Positions 1 to 9,739 are shown, counted from the stretch's first letter. The stretch: DNA of 48,336 nucleotides from Thermoproteus sp. (GCA_049976425.1 JBMFIG010000010.1:1-48336), one strand, 5' to 3'. The notes: generated by a model not told the origin, from the sequence alone. A program made the numbers and translations.

Positions 1-295
1 CGACTAGCGTTATGCGTAAAGAGGATGTAACTCTCGTTGCGACCTAACATGCGAGGACGTCACGAGGTGGGGACTCAGCCGCGGGACAGCCCGTGTTGCT
101 TGCCGTAGACGTCTATGCGCGGCCGCCGATCTGCGCCCCTGGGCGTCGAGGTTAAGCCGCACGCGGGGGATCTGCCGACGCGGCCTGCGCACGCTTCGCG
201 GCGGGAAGTCCCGGGGCTGGTGTGGGGTTCTCCCCGCAGACTGCGCGGGCCGGCCGGGCGCGGTAAGTATTTTAACGCCGGCCTGCGCGCCTTTC

Positions 296-706
296 GTGAT
301 CGGGTCTATAAAGTTTAGGGTGGAGCGGCGCGTCGACGACGTGGAGGGCGTCTGGCGCCGGCTTTCCAAGCTGGAGGATATGCCTAAGTACTGGGGCGGC
401 CACAGGCGGGTGGAGGTGCTCGGCGTCAGTTCGGGCATCTATTCCTTGAGGATAACCTTCGCCTTCCCCGGCCCCCTCAACACGGGATACGCCGAGGCGG
501 CTGTCGACGAGGCCAGGCGGGAGGTCTTGCTGAACTACATCAGAGGCCCCTTCACCGGCGTCGTGAGGAACTCCGTCGCCGGCGGCGTCTTGGCGAGCGA
601 TTGGGATATCGTGCTGAGCCCGCTGTTCATCCCTCTGAAGCCCTGGGTGTCGTCCCACTTCCGGAAGGGGGCGGAGCACGCGCTGGAGAGGCTCTCGCGC
701 CCGTAG
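296..706 (+). CDS. SRPBCC/CoxG (polyketide cyclase/START-like) family protein
   Basis: 136 aa with GTG start and TATTTTAA about 25 nt upstream. N-terminal 'VERRVDDVEGVWRRLSKLEDMPKYW' fits the SRPBCC pattern; C-terminal helix. Confidence 0.65.
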   Translation: MIGSIKFRVERRVDDVEGVWRRLSKLEDMPKYWGGHRRVEVLGVSSGIYSLRITFAFPGPLNTGYAEAAVDEARREVLLNYIRGPFTGVVRNSVAGGVLASDWDIVLSPLFIPLKPWVSSHFRKGAEHALERLSRP

Positions 707-713
707 CGGCGGG

Positions 714-1640
714 CTAGGAGGACCAGACCGCGGCGTAGAACGGCATCTCCCTCAGCAGTAGCTTCCTCCTTCTGAGGCCGGCCGCCTCGAGGAGGGCCTC
801 CACCTCGCCGCGCGAGAAGACGTGGAGCGCGCCTGCGGCTGTGTTTATGGCGAGGAAGCCGGGCATGGTCTCGACGACGGGCTGGCCGACGTAGAAGAGG
901 GAGCCGGGAGCCGCCTTCTTCAGACACGCGACCTCCTTGGCCGGGTCGGGCATCCAGTGGAGCGAGTTGAAGAGGAGGACTTCCTTGACCGAGAGCCGGG
1001 CCAGCGCCTCAACGACCTCGCACGCCGATGAGGCCAGGAGGACGCATATGCCGGAGCCGGGGCACTGCCCGACGCTGACGCCGGGAGCCGCCTCCAAGAG
1101 CGCCTCGGCCGCCTCGTCGCTCTCGGCGTAGCCTGCGTAGAGCTCGGGGGCGTATCTGGCGTATATGTCGACGGCGTTGTGGCCGCGGAGCGGGGCCTCG
1201 AGGACTCTCCTCCCCTCGAAGCCGGCGGCTTCTAGGAAGTCGTCTCTCCACAGCTTGTACCACCCCTGCGCCTGCATGGACTCGAGGATCAGCGCGGCCG
1301 CCTCGGCGTCGCCTCTGAGGATCTTCGGGAAGGCTCTGTCGAAGGCCTCGTGTAGGGCGAGCCACTCCTGCGCGTAGGGCCCCCTCGGCCTCTTGGGCTC
1401 CTCTATCCTCTTCACGGGCCTGCCCTCCTCGTCCACGTAGCCGTGGTGGAGCAGAGATCTGTACAGAGCCTTGGCGACCGGCGAGTCCGTAGCGCCGGCG
1501 GCCCTCGCGTCGAGCCACCACTTCAAGGCGTACCAGACGCTCCAGCGGAGGGCGTTGACCATATCGCCTACCCCGCCGGCGCCTGCCAGATAGCCTCTGA
1601 ACCTCCTCAACATGGAGAGGGCGTCGAGGATCGACATCAT
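714..1640 (-). CDS. Class I SAM-dependent methyltransferase-like protein with degenerate motif I
   Basis: C-terminal 'VLLFNSLHWMPDPAKEVACLKKAAPGSLFY' and 'FSRGEVEALLEAAGL' are typical of class I MTases. Start placed at the ATG overlapping the upstream stop. Confidence 0.6.
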   Translation of the reverse strand: MMSILDALSMLRRFRGYLAGAGGVGDMVNALRWSVWYALKWWLDARAAGATDSPVAKALYRSLLHHGYVDEEGRPVKRIEEPKRPRGPYAQEWLALHEAFDRAFPKILRGDAEAAALILESMQAQGWYKLWRDDFLEAAGFEGRRVLEAPLRGHNAVDIYARYAPELYAGYAESDEAAEALLEAAPGVSVGQCPGSGICVLLASSACEVVEALARLSVKEVLLFNSLHWMPDPAKEVACLKKAAPGSLFYVGQPVVETMPGFLAINTAAGALHVFSRGEVEALLEAAGLRRRKLLLREMPFYAAVWSS

Positions 1641-1819
1641 AGGCACCTCAGCACGCCCATCCTCTCCAGCCTTATGAGCAGGAGGCGGGTGGAGGCGTCA
1701 ATACAGGGACAGCCCAGCGCCTCGAGGACCTTCCTCTGCACGTCTTCCGGAAGCGCGGAGAACCTCTCCCAGTCGGCCACCTCGCAGTCCAGCCGCTCCC
1801 GCCTCCTCTGCGCCAGCAC
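1637..1819 (-). CDS. Small hypothetical protein (about 60 aa, 4 Cys)
   Basis: GTG start at 1819 with an AT-rich box about 25 nt upstream. Its stop overlaps the next ATG (ATGA), suggesting translational coupling. Confidence 0.5.
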   Translation of the reverse strand: MLAQRRRERLDCEVADWERFSALPEDVQRKVLEALGCPCIDASTRLLLIRLERMGVLRCL

Positions 1820-1894
1820 ACGTCCCTGCGGGGCGCGCCCTATATGGCTTATTACACGGGCGGATAGAATATATAGCGGTGCTCCGGGGACTCT

Positions 1895-3052
1895 ATGCGG
1901 CGGTACACCGACAGGTTTATACTGACGCCGGGCCCCACCGAGATACCCCACAGGGTGAGGGCGGCCTTGATCAGGGAGACCACCAACCCCGATCTGGACC
2001 CCGGCTTCCTTGACCTCTACAACTCGGTGAGGGCTAGGCTCAAGAAGCTCGTCGGCGCGGAGAAGGGCGATCTGTACGTCTGGGTGGGCGAGGCCATGCT
2101 GGGGCTCGACGCGGCCGTGGCCAACACGGTGAGGGAGGGGACCAAGGTCTTGGTCGTAGACAACGGTGTCTTCGGCGAGGGCTTCGCCGACTTGGTCAAG
2201 CTCTACGGCGGGCGGCCGGTGACCCTCGGCCTCGACTGGCGGAGGTCGGCCGACCTACACGCGGTGGAGAGGGCGCTGGAGCTGCACAAGGACGTGGAGG
2301 TGGTCACGCTGGTCCACTGCGACACGCCGTCGGCTCTCCTGAACGACTTGAGGGAGCTTGGGAAGGTCGTGAGGTCCTTCGGCCCGCTCCTCGTCGTCGA
2401 CTCGGTCTCCGCCGTTGGGGCTACCGAGATAAGGTTCGACGACTGGGGGATAGACGTCTTGATCGGAGGTAGCCAGAAGGCCTTGAACGTGCCCGCGGGC
2501 CTGACCATATTCGCCGTCAGCGAGAGGGCTTGGGAGAGGTTCAAGGCGGTGGGCCGCGGCTCCTTCTACCTCAACCCCATGTTGTGGAAGGAGATGCTGG
2601 ACGGGCGGGGGGTATTCCCCTACACGTTCTCCGACGTGTTGCTCTACGCCCTCGACGAGGGCCTCAAGATGATATTCGAGGAGGGCCTCGACTCGGTCTA
2701 CGCCAGGCACGAGGCCGCGAGGAGGGCCGCGAGGGCCGCCCTTGAGGCCATGGGGCTCCAGCCGTACACAGCCGACGTCTCCTGCACCTGCCCCACCGTC
2801 ACGGCGTTTACGGCGCCTCCGGGCATAAGGCCGGCCGACGTCAGGAGGATCGCCTGGGAGAAATACGGCGTGATGATAGCCGGGAGCTGGGGCAGGCTGG
2901 AGGACTCTGTGCTGAGGATAGGCCACATGGGCGTCCAGGCCTCCTACGCCCACCTCGCGCTGGCCTTCTCGGCTCTGGGCAGAGCGCTGGCCGATCTGGG
3001 CTACAGAGCCGACGTAGGCGCCGCCTTGGAGGCCATAGCGGAGCGTTTCTAG
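1895..3052 (+). CDS. Class V PLP-dependent aminotransferase (serine-pyruvate/alanine-glyoxylate type)
   Basis: Motifs 'LTPGP', 'VHCDTPS', 'VVDSVS', 'GGSQKAL' (PLP Lys) and 'LRIGHMG'. Confidence 0.9.
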   Translation: MRRYTDRFILTPGPTEIPHRVRAALIRETTNPDLDPGFLDLYNSVRARLKKLVGAEKGDLYVWVGEAMLGLDAAVANTVREGTKVLVVDNGVFGEGFADLVKLYGGRPVTLGLDWRRSADLHAVERALELHKDVEVVTLVHCDTPSALLNDLRELGKVVRSFGPLLVVDSVSAVGATEIRFDDWGIDVLIGGSQKALNVPAGLTIFAVSERAWERFKAVGRGSFYLNPMLWKEMLDGRGVFPYTFSDVLLYALDEGLKMIFEEGLDSVYARHEAARRAARAALEAMGLQPYTADVSCTCPTVTAFTAPPGIRPADVRRIAWEKYGVMIAGSWGRLEDSVLRIGHMGVQASYAHLALAFSALGRALADLGYRADVGAALEAIAERF

Positions 3053-3098
3053 CCGGCTTTCACCTACAAAGCTTTTTAATGCCGGACTATCAAGGCCC

Positions 3099-4316
3099 AT
3101 GAGGAGGCTCTCGGCGACCTACCTCCCCGTCCTCGTGGCGCGCGTGGGCTCCGGCGCGGGCGCCGCCGTGACCTCCTTCCTATTCCCCGGCCAGGAGCTG
3201 GCGGTCGGCGCCATCCTCGCCGTATACCCTCTGCTGGAGGCCCTCGGCTCCTTCGCGGCGGGCCGGTACGCGGATAGGTTCGGCCGGCGGCCTGCGATGA
3301 TCCTGGGCTACCTCGCCAGGCTGGCCGCCACGGCCCTCATGTACCCCGCCCTCGCTTGGGGGGCCGGCCCCCTCGCGGTGGGCGCGCTCAACGCCGCATC
3401 GGGCTTCTTCACCGCCTTCATCCTGGTGTCGTCCCTCGCCATGGTCACCGACCTGACCGACGTGGGCAATAGAGGCCTCGGCATGGGGGCCTTCGAGCTG
3501 GCGAACCTAGGCGGCTACGCCGTGGGCTACGTGATAGGCGCGGCCCTCTTCCAGATCCTCGGCGGCGCCGGCTCCTTCGCCGTGCTGGCCGCCTTCACGG
3601 CCGCCCTGACGCCGTTCGTGCTGGCCATGGCCGAGACCGCCCCCGTCAAGGGGCTCTCCATACCGCTCAACCCCTTCAAGGGCCTTCCGCCGGCCACGTG
3701 GCCCGCCATACCTCTCTGGTTCGCGCTGACGACGTTCATAGGCATGGGCATATACTCCGGCCGGGCTATAGCTAACGCCCTCTCGGCCTCGTCCAGGCTC
3801 GCGCACGTTCAGTCGGGACTCTTGTTCTCAGGCGCTCTCATCGTCGTGGGCCTGGGCGCGGTGCTCTTCGGGCGCCTCTCGGACAGATGGGGCAGGGAGA
3901 GGACGCTGAATCTGGGCATAGCCGGCGTCATGTCGGCGCTCGCGATGCTCGCGGCCCTCCTCGGCGCGGGGCTCCCGCCGTTGCTGGCGGTGGCTCTGGC
4001 CTCTCCCCTGGTCTTCCTGGCCTCCGCCATAGCGCCTTCCGTCCTCGCGATAGTCGGCGATAGGGCGCTCGTAACCATGAGGGGCACCGCCATGGGCCTC
4101 TACAGCGTTGTCCTGGGCGTGGGGATGGCGCTGGGGGCTATGGTGGGCGCGGCATCCGCCGTGGCGCTCGGAGGGCTTCTGGGCATAGTCCTGGCCGCCC
4201 TCGCCATCTTCTCGACAGCCACGGCGCTCTACCTCGCGCTCAAGATCGCGACGGCGAGGATACGTAGATATAACGGCGATAGACCGGCGAGCTCCCCGCG
4301 TACAGAACAGCCGTGA
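3099..4316 (+). CDS. MFS transporter
   Basis: About 12 hydrophobic segments; motif A appears twice ('GRYADRFGRR', 'GRLSDRWGRE'). Confidence 0.9.
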   Translation: MRRLSATYLPVLVARVGSGAGAAVTSFLFPGQELAVGAILAVYPLLEALGSFAAGRYADRFGRRPAMILGYLARLAATALMYPALAWGAGPLAVGALNAASGFFTAFILVSSLAMVTDLTDVGNRGLGMGAFELANLGGYAVGYVIGAALFQILGGAGSFAVLAAFTAALTPFVLAMAETAPVKGLSIPLNPFKGLPPATWPAIPLWFALTTFIGMGIYSGRAIANALSASSRLAHVQSGLLFSGALIVVGLGAVLFGRLSDRWGRERTLNLGIAGVMSALAMLAALLGAGLPPLLAVALASPLVFLASAIAPSVLAIVGDRALVTMRGTAMGLYSVVLGVGMALGAMVGAASAVALGGLLGIVLAALAIFSTATALYLALKIATARIRRYNGDRPASSPRTEQP

Positions 4317-5295
4317 TGTTGTAGGAGCCCGGCCCCAAGACGGCCGGGGCATATCCGAGGCGCGTCCCGTTGACGAACACGGCCCAGTCGCCGTCGGGCG
4401 GCGTCAGCAACACGGCGGGGCCCTGCGCCGTCCAGACCACTGAGATCTCCGGGCGCCAGAGCAGATACACCGCCGATCTGCCCGCCGTCTGCACGACCGT
4501 GTCGCCGTAGGCGTACTCCGCCAGGCCCTCCGCAGCGCTCGTCCTCTCGGCGGTGATCGGGCTCGCAGATCCCGAGTAGGCGCACGGAGGGGCGTACCAA
4601 CGGCCGCCGCGCTCGTAGAGGAGCCGCATCCAGCCGCTCCACTCGGTTATCCGGGCCGTATAGCCCTCCCGCGGACCTGCGACCACCCACTCGAGCTCCT
4701 CCCCGGGCCCCACGCGTATCTCGAGCCCTCCGCCCGGGAGCTCCACGGAGTCGTAGAGCCGCCAGCCTCCGCCCGTGGAGTAGTAGAAACTTATTGAGGA
4801 CCCGTTGACCGCTATCATGAGGCCGATGGACGCGGGGAGGCCTAGATCCCCCACCGTCAGCGAGCTCTGGTAGAAGGAGACCGCGCGTCCGCCGGCCGTA
4901 TACCTCACCACGTTCCCGCCTCCTCTAGCCTCCATCGATCCGTAGTCGCTTACGTTGAAGACGTAGTCGGCCACCGTTATCCGGTAGCCGCCGTCCGCCT
5001 TCGCTATCAACGCGACGTTCTGGACCCAGTAGACGGCCCCCGGCGACTCCACGAAGGCGTTGAGCTGGATCGAGACGGCGTTGATTATCGCCCCGCCGCC
5101 GACGGAGTAGAAGTCGGCCCGTTCTATGTAGGCGAGCCCCATCACGCCTTCGGCCGTATAGCTGTAGGACGCGCCGCCGCAGATCCCCGCGTCGACTATG
5201 CCGACGGCGGCGGCCGCCGGGGCGTCCAGCCAACGGGCGGCTATCACGGCTATCAAGGCCAGCGACATCACGGCGAGCGCCGCCGATCGGCTCAC
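4240..5295 (-). CDS. Thermopsin (peptidase A5)-like secreted protein
   Basis: N-terminal signal/anchor; 'SIQLNAFV' and 'YWVQNV' resemble conserved thermopsin motifs; 'TAE' near the C-terminal domain. Confidence 0.65.
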   Translation of the reverse strand: MSRSAALAVMSLALIAVIAARWLDAPAAAAVGIVDAGICGGASYSYTAEGVMGLAYIERADFYSVGGGAIINAVSIQLNAFVESPGAVYWVQNVALIAKADGGYRITVADYVFNVSDYGSMEARGGGNVVRYTAGGRAVSFYQSSLTVGDLGLPASIGLMIAVNGSSISFYYSTGGGWRLYDSVELPGGGLEIRVGPGEELEWVVAGPREGYTARITEWSGWMRLLYERGGRWYAPPCAYSGSASPITAERTSAAEGLAEYAYGDTVVQTAGRSAVYLLWRPEISVVWTAQGPAVLLTPPDGDWAVFVNGTRLGYAPAVLGPGSYNITAVLYAGSSPVYRRYIYVSSPSRS

Positions 5296-5349
5296 ACGGG
5301 GGCGTGGTGCCCCGCTTAAATATTATATAGCCGCGCGTTCTAGGGGCCG

Positions 5350-5682
5350 GTGGAGTTCATCCTCGCCGCGGACGACCAGACGCTGGACGAGGCGTTGGCC
5401 AGATGTAGGCTGGCCGTGGTCTTCTTCAGCGGGCGCCAATGCGCCGTGTGTATAAACTTCGAGCGCATGTTGAGATCCATATGCAGAAGCTACAAGGACA
5501 TCTGTTGCATAAAGGCGTACTCCGAGTCCGTCATCGCCCACGTGAAGCAGCTCGGCGTCGCCGGGGTCCCGAGCCTTGTGGGCTACGTGGACGGGAGGCC
5601 GGTGGCCAGAGCCGTCGGGCTCCCCTACGCCCCCGCCGTCAACATGTTCATGACGTCTCTGCTGAGGGCGGCCTATGGATAA
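5350..5682 (+). CDS. Thioredoxin family protein
   Basis: 'FFSGRQCAVC' CxxC motif and 'GVAGVPSLVGYVDGRPVARAVG' cis-Pro loop. Confidence 0.8.
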   Translation: MEFILAADDQTLDEALARCRLAVVFFSGRQCAVCINFERMLRSICRSYKDICCIKAYSESVIAHVKQLGVAGVPSLVGYVDGRPVARAVGLPYAPAVNMFMTSLLRAAYG

Positions 5683-6058
5683 GGTCGTCGCCGTGTTGAG
5701 GCTTCTGGCTAGGGCCTATCTGATAGGCAACTGTTGGTACTGCGCCGACCTCTTGGGCAAGCTCTCGTCGGGCGGGGGCGATGCCGTGTCGCTCCTCCTG
5801 GAGGCCTACAGGCTGGCGTCCACCATATCGGCCCAGAGGCAGAAGATCGGCGGGATCGAGTGTTGCCTCGCGGCGCCGTTGAGGCAGGGGCTGGAGCCGG
5901 AGGTCTGCCGGATATACGGCGGCGTCGTCGCGTCGGGGGTCTGTTGCCTCGAGTGCGGGGATCTGCCCGACGAGGAGGAGTATTTGGAGGCGGCGAGGGC
6001 GGTCGCGGAGTCGGGCCTCGTCGGGAGGGCCGCGGCGGTTGCCCAAGCCCCCTCCTAG
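5675..6058 (+). CDS. Hypothetical Cys-rich protein
   Basis: 127 aa with 8 Cys (CWYC, CC, C, CCLEC); overlaps the thioredoxin stop by 8 nt. Confidence 0.65.
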   Translation: MDKVVAVLRLLARAYLIGNCWYCADLLGKLSSGGGDAVSLLLEAYRLASTISAQRQKIGGIECCLAAPLRQGLEPEVCRIYGGVVASGVCCLECGDLPDEEEYLEAARAVAESGLVGRAAAVAQAPS

Positions 6059-7167
6059 AGGAGGAAGAGGAGGGAGGAGCCCAGCCTAGCGAAGGCGGTG
6101 CCCACCAGCATCCTCCTTATCAGCTCCTCGTTGTAGTTGCCCATATAGGCCAGCACCGCGCTGGACAGCTCGGCCCCGGCGGCGGCCCCCAGCGCGTTGA
6201 CCAAGTTGAAGTATCCGATGGCCCTCCTCTTGTCCTCGGCGTTGTCTACCACGTAGGCGAAGTAGGCTATGTTGGATATGGAGCCCCCGAAGCCGAAGAA
6301 TAGATAGGCGGCGTATATCTGGTAGACGTTTGTGGCGACCCCGTAGACGAGGGGCCATATCATGAAGGTGGCCCTGCCTAGGAATAGGGAAAGCCGCATG
6401 TGTCTGTCCACGAAACGGCCCATGGCCCTCTGGAAGGCCAGGTTGGAGGCCACAGTGATTATCTGGACTATGGCCACCTGGAGGCCGGTCATGTGGAATA
6501 CGTAGACCTGCGCCAGCGGGAAGAGAGGCCACGCGAAGGACCAGGTCGCCATGAAGACGAAGTTCTCCGCGTAGAACTTCAACAGCCTTCTGCCGACGCC
6601 GCCCCGCGGGGCGCGGGGCCCCTCAGAGTAGTCTATGCCCAGCTTGTAGAGCTGGGCCGTGTTGGCCGCGGTCAAGGCCGCCGCCGCGTAGAGGGCCAGC
6701 CTAATCGCCAGGGGGTCGTCGCGTATCAAGAAGCCGGTTATCAACGTGGCCACGAGGCCGCCGAGGGTGGAGTAGAAGGAGAACTCGGCGAGGGATATCC
6801 CCCTCCTCTCCCTGCTGTACTGCTCCATGATGAGGGACCAGCCGTAGCCCGAGATCCCCAGAGACGCCGTAACCACAGCGTACATGGCCGTGTAGGCCGC
6901 GTGCACCTCGGCGAACGCCGCCATGAGGACCAAGGCAACGGCCGACGCGGCGTTGGCGAACAGTATGAGCTTGAGCGGCCGCCACCTCCTAAACGAGACG
7001 AGAAACGCCGATATGTTGTTGAAGACCGTGCCCGCCGACGAGACGACGCCGAGCAGCAGAGGCGGCACGCCGGTCGAGGCCGCCACGAAGCCCACGAAGG
7101 GGCTGTAGAGCGAGTTTGCGAAGTTCTGGAGGGCGGAGTAGAGGTACAGCCTCCTCAGCACAGACAC
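6055..7167 (-). CDS. MFS transporter
   Basis: Multiple TM segments and a 'GRFVDRH' motif A variant; BRE/TATA 'GAAAATATATAA' upstream. Confidence 0.85.
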   Translation of the reverse strand: MSVLRRLYLYSALQNFANSLYSPFVGFVAASTGVPPLLLGVVSSAGTVFNNISAFLVSFRRWRPLKLILFANAASAVALVLMAAFAEVHAAYTAMYAVVTASLGISGYGWSLIMEQYSRERRGISLAEFSFYSTLGGLVATLITGFLIRDDPLAIRLALYAAAALTAANTAQLYKLGIDYSEGPRAPRGGVGRRLLKFYAENFVFMATWSFAWPLFPLAQVYVFHMTGLQVAIVQIITVASNLAFQRAMGRFVDRHMRLSLFLGRATFMIWPLVYGVATNVYQIYAAYLFFGFGGSISNIAYFAYVVDNAEDKRRAIGYFNLVNALGAAAGAELSSAVLAYMGNYNEELIRRMLVGTAFARLGSSLLFLL

Positions 7168-7213
7168 GGCCGCCTGCGGCTACGCGCTTATATATTTTCA
7201 ACCTATCGAAAAA

Positions 7214-8026
7214 TCAGCTACTGTATATTACGAAGAGCGGGGTGCCCAGCATGTTGTTGGGTATGCCCACCGCCTTGGCCTCTGCCGCCACCGCGTTCTC
7301 GGCGCTCTGCACTACGTCGACCAGTTGCGAGCCCGACGCGTTCACTACACACTGCGGATACTGGGAATTGATATATGAGAGCTGGGCCAGAGGGTATACG
7401 TTCAGCGCCGTGGCGTTGCCTGTCTGGAGGTAGTTGGCTATGTACATCGCCGCTATCCCGTATATCGTGTGCAGGGCGTCTAGAAACGCTGTGCTTCCTG
7501 CCTTGTTGTATATGCAGGGGAGCGCCAACCACGCCTCAACGCCGGCGGCGAACGCCTGGGGCGGCCCCTGTTGCAGATAGCCGATCACGTGCGTCGGGAA
7601 GTAGCGCACGGCGTAGAGGACCGTGCCGTTCTGGATGTACTGATTGAGGAGAGCGCCGTACTGGGCGTCGAACAAGGCGCAGTATGGGCACGTCGGGTCT
7701 AGGTACTCTATGACCACCACCTTCGCGTTTCTAGACCCGACCGGGAGGGAGGTCGACGTCAAGTTCTTGAGGTACTGCAGTTGCTGAGGCGACAGCTTGG
7801 CGCCGACGCACACGGGCTGACCTTGGTAGGTTATGGTGCTCTGGAGCTGGCCCGACTCAACCAGCCGTATCGCCTGGAGAGGCGCCGGCGAGAAGCCCGC
7901 GCAGAAGTAGGCTATGCCGGAGCTCTGCGGCTGGCCCGATCCGCCTCGCAACACGAGGAAGTACGCCAAGACGCCGCCGAGGACGACAACGGCGGCCGCT
8001 ACGACGGCTATCGCGAGGATCTTCAT
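7214..8026 (-). CDS. Membrane-anchored DsbA-like thioredoxin-fold protein
   Basis: Start at MKILAIAVV (TM anchor); '[20 protein letters not shown]' and 'GTPLFVI'. Confidence 0.85.
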   Translation of the reverse strand: MKILAIAVVAAAVVVLGGVLAYFLVLRGGSGQPQSSGIAYFCAGFSPAPLQAIRLVESGQLQSTITYQGQPVCVGAKLSPQQLQYLKNLTSTSLPVGSRNAKVVVIEYLDPTCPYCALFDAQYGALLNQYIQNGTVLYAVRYFPTHVIGYLQQGPPQAFAAGVEAWLALPCIYNKAGSTAFLDALHTIYGIAAMYIANYLQTGNATALNVYPLAQLSYINSQYPQCVVNASGSQLVDVVQSAENAVAAEAKAVGIPNNMLGTPLFVIYSS

Positions 8027-8123
8027 GGCGGCTGGGCGTCTTTCGTTTATAAAAATCTTCCCCCGCAACGGGCTCGGCCAGACTCTATTCAAAAGTTATA
8101 TATGGAATCCGGATTTGCGGCTT

Positions 8124-9152
8124 ATGAAGCTGGGCAAGATAACGCGCGACGTCTTCGACTCGGTCATATACCCCAGGCTGGGCGCCAAGAGGCCGGACGT
8201 AGTGGTCCCGCCGCAACACGGAGTCGACGTGGGGGCGATAGATCTGGGCGACGGGCGGGTTCTGGTCGTCAAGACGGACCCCGTGTTCATAGTGCCCCAG
8301 TTCGGCTTTAAGAAGGCGGCGTGGTTCGCGGTGCATATCCTCGCCAGCGACGTGATGACGTCGGGGATCCCGCCGCAGTACGCCGCCATAGACCTCAACC
8401 TGCCCGTGTCCATGACAGACGAGCAGTTCGCCGAGATGTGGGAGGGCCTCCACGAGGCCATGGCGGAGATCGGCGTGTCGGTGGTCGCCGGCCATACGGG
8501 CCGGTACGAGGGCACCGACTACCCCATGCTCGGCGGCTTCACGATGTTCGGCGTAGGGCCCAAGGAGAGGCTGGTCACGACGAGGGGGGCCAAGCCCGGC
8601 GACCAGATAGTGATGACCAAGGGGCCGGCTATAGAGGCCACCGCCCTCCTCGCCAACTTCTACCCCGACTACTTCAAGGCCAGGCTGGCCCCCGACGTGT
8701 TCCAGGAGGCGTACGACCTCTACTGGCAGATGTCCTGCTGGCGCGACGGCCTCATAGCGTCGAGGATCGGCGTCCACGCCATGCACGACGCCACCGAGGG
8801 GGGCGTCTGGGGCGCCTTGGTGGAGATCGCCGAGGCGAGCGGCGTCAAGATAGAGGTCTACGAGGAGCGGCTGTTCGTCAAGAGGGCAGTCGCCGAGCTG
8901 ACAAAGGCCGTGGGCATAGACCCCTGGAGCTCCATATCGGAGGGCACCTTGATAATAGCGACGGACAGAGGCGAGGAGGTCGTCGAGGCGCTCAGGAGGG
9001 AGGGGATAGAGGCCGGCGTGATCGGGGAGGTTAAGGCCGGCAGCCCCGGCGTCGTCTTGAGGAGGAGGGGCGGCGCCGCGGAGCCCATAGCCCACCCGCG
9101 CGAGGACCCGTTCTGGTACGCCTTCAGCAAGATAGGGCAAATGTTGCACTGA
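8124..9152 (+). CDS. AIR synthase (PurM-like; HypE/ThiL/SelD superfamily) protein
   Basis: Motifs 'GVDVGAI', 'VVKTDP', 'ASDVMTSG', 'AGHTG', 'GAKPGD' and 'AMHDATEGG'. Start moved to MKLGK, downstream of AAAGTTATATA. Confidence 0.85.
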   Translation: MKLGKITRDVFDSVIYPRLGAKRPDVVVPPQHGVDVGAIDLGDGRVLVVKTDPVFIVPQFGFKKAAWFAVHILASDVMTSGIPPQYAAIDLNLPVSMTDEQFAEMWEGLHEAMAEIGVSVVAGHTGRYEGTDYPMLGGFTMFGVGPKERLVTTRGAKPGDQIVMTKGPAIEATALLANFYPDYFKARLAPDVFQEAYDLYWQMSCWRDGLIASRIGVHAMHDATEGGVWGALVEIAEASGVKIEVYEERLFVKRAVAELTKAVGIDPWSSISEGTLIIATDRGEEVVEALRREGIEAGVIGEVKAGSPGVVLRRRGGAAEPIAHPREDPFWYAFSKIGQMLH

Positions 9153-9187
9153 CCGCGCCGTTTTTCTCCCCATATCTGGGAATACTC

Positions 9188-9523
9188 ATGCATGGCGTGA
9201 TATTGGAGGCCGACGAGCCCGAGAGGCTCTACGCCTTCGCGACGTACGTGGCCACGCTGGTGGCGCGCGGCGAGCCGGTCGCGGTCTTCGTCACGGGGAG
9301 GGCCGTCAAGGCCTTCTCCAGACAAGGCTACGCCGGGCCGGGTCTGCCCGAGTCGATGGACTGGCGGAGGATACTGGCCGACGCCAAGGAGCTCGGCGAG
9401 GTGAAGATCTACATATGCGAGACCGTGGCGAAGGCCTACGGCGTCTCCGAGTTCTGGCTGGCCGACGGGGTTGGGTCCATGTTCAGCTTCCTTGAAAACG
9501 TAAATAGCGTAGTCGTGTTCTGA
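9188..9523 (+). CDS. DsrE/DsrF-like sulfur-relay/peroxiredoxin family protein
   Basis: 'VAVFVTGRAVKAF', 'W..IL..AKELGEVKIYICET'; size and layout match DsrE2-like proteins. Confidence 0.75.
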   Translation: MHGVILEADEPERLYAFATYVATLVARGEPVAVFVTGRAVKAFSRQGYAGPGLPESMDWRRILADAKELGEVKIYICETVAKAYGVSEFWLADGVGSMFSFLENVNSVVVF

Positions 9524-9526
9524 CTT

Positions 9527-9739
9527 ATGGAGGAGATAGACGTGAGGGGCAAGGCGTGTCCCGACCCACTTAAGGAGGTGGCGGCGAGGCTGGCGGCCGC
9601 CCCGCAGGGGAGCCAGTTCAGGGTAGTGACAGACGACTACACCTGCTATCTAATGCTCAGGAGGCTCGCCGCGCTCAACGACGTGAAGATACTGGGCGCC
9701 GAGGAGGGCGACGTATTCGTCCTCCTGCTCGAGAGATGA
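9527..9739 (+). CDS. tusA: TusA/SirA family sulfur carrier
   Basis: 70 aa with the 'IDVRGKACPDP' CPxP signature and 'VVTDD'. Confidence 0.85.
   Translation: MEEIDVRGKACPDPLKEVAARLAAAPQGSQFRVVTDDYTCYLMLRRLAALNDVKILGAEEGDVFVLLLER

Noticed and set aside
8085-9173. Long antisense or alternate-frame ORFs (also 2255-3100, 6400-7371, 20623-21663, 44435-45427, 44443-45384)
   Set aside because: These are shadow ORFs expected from high GC3 codon usage; they have no motifs and overlap well-supported genes.
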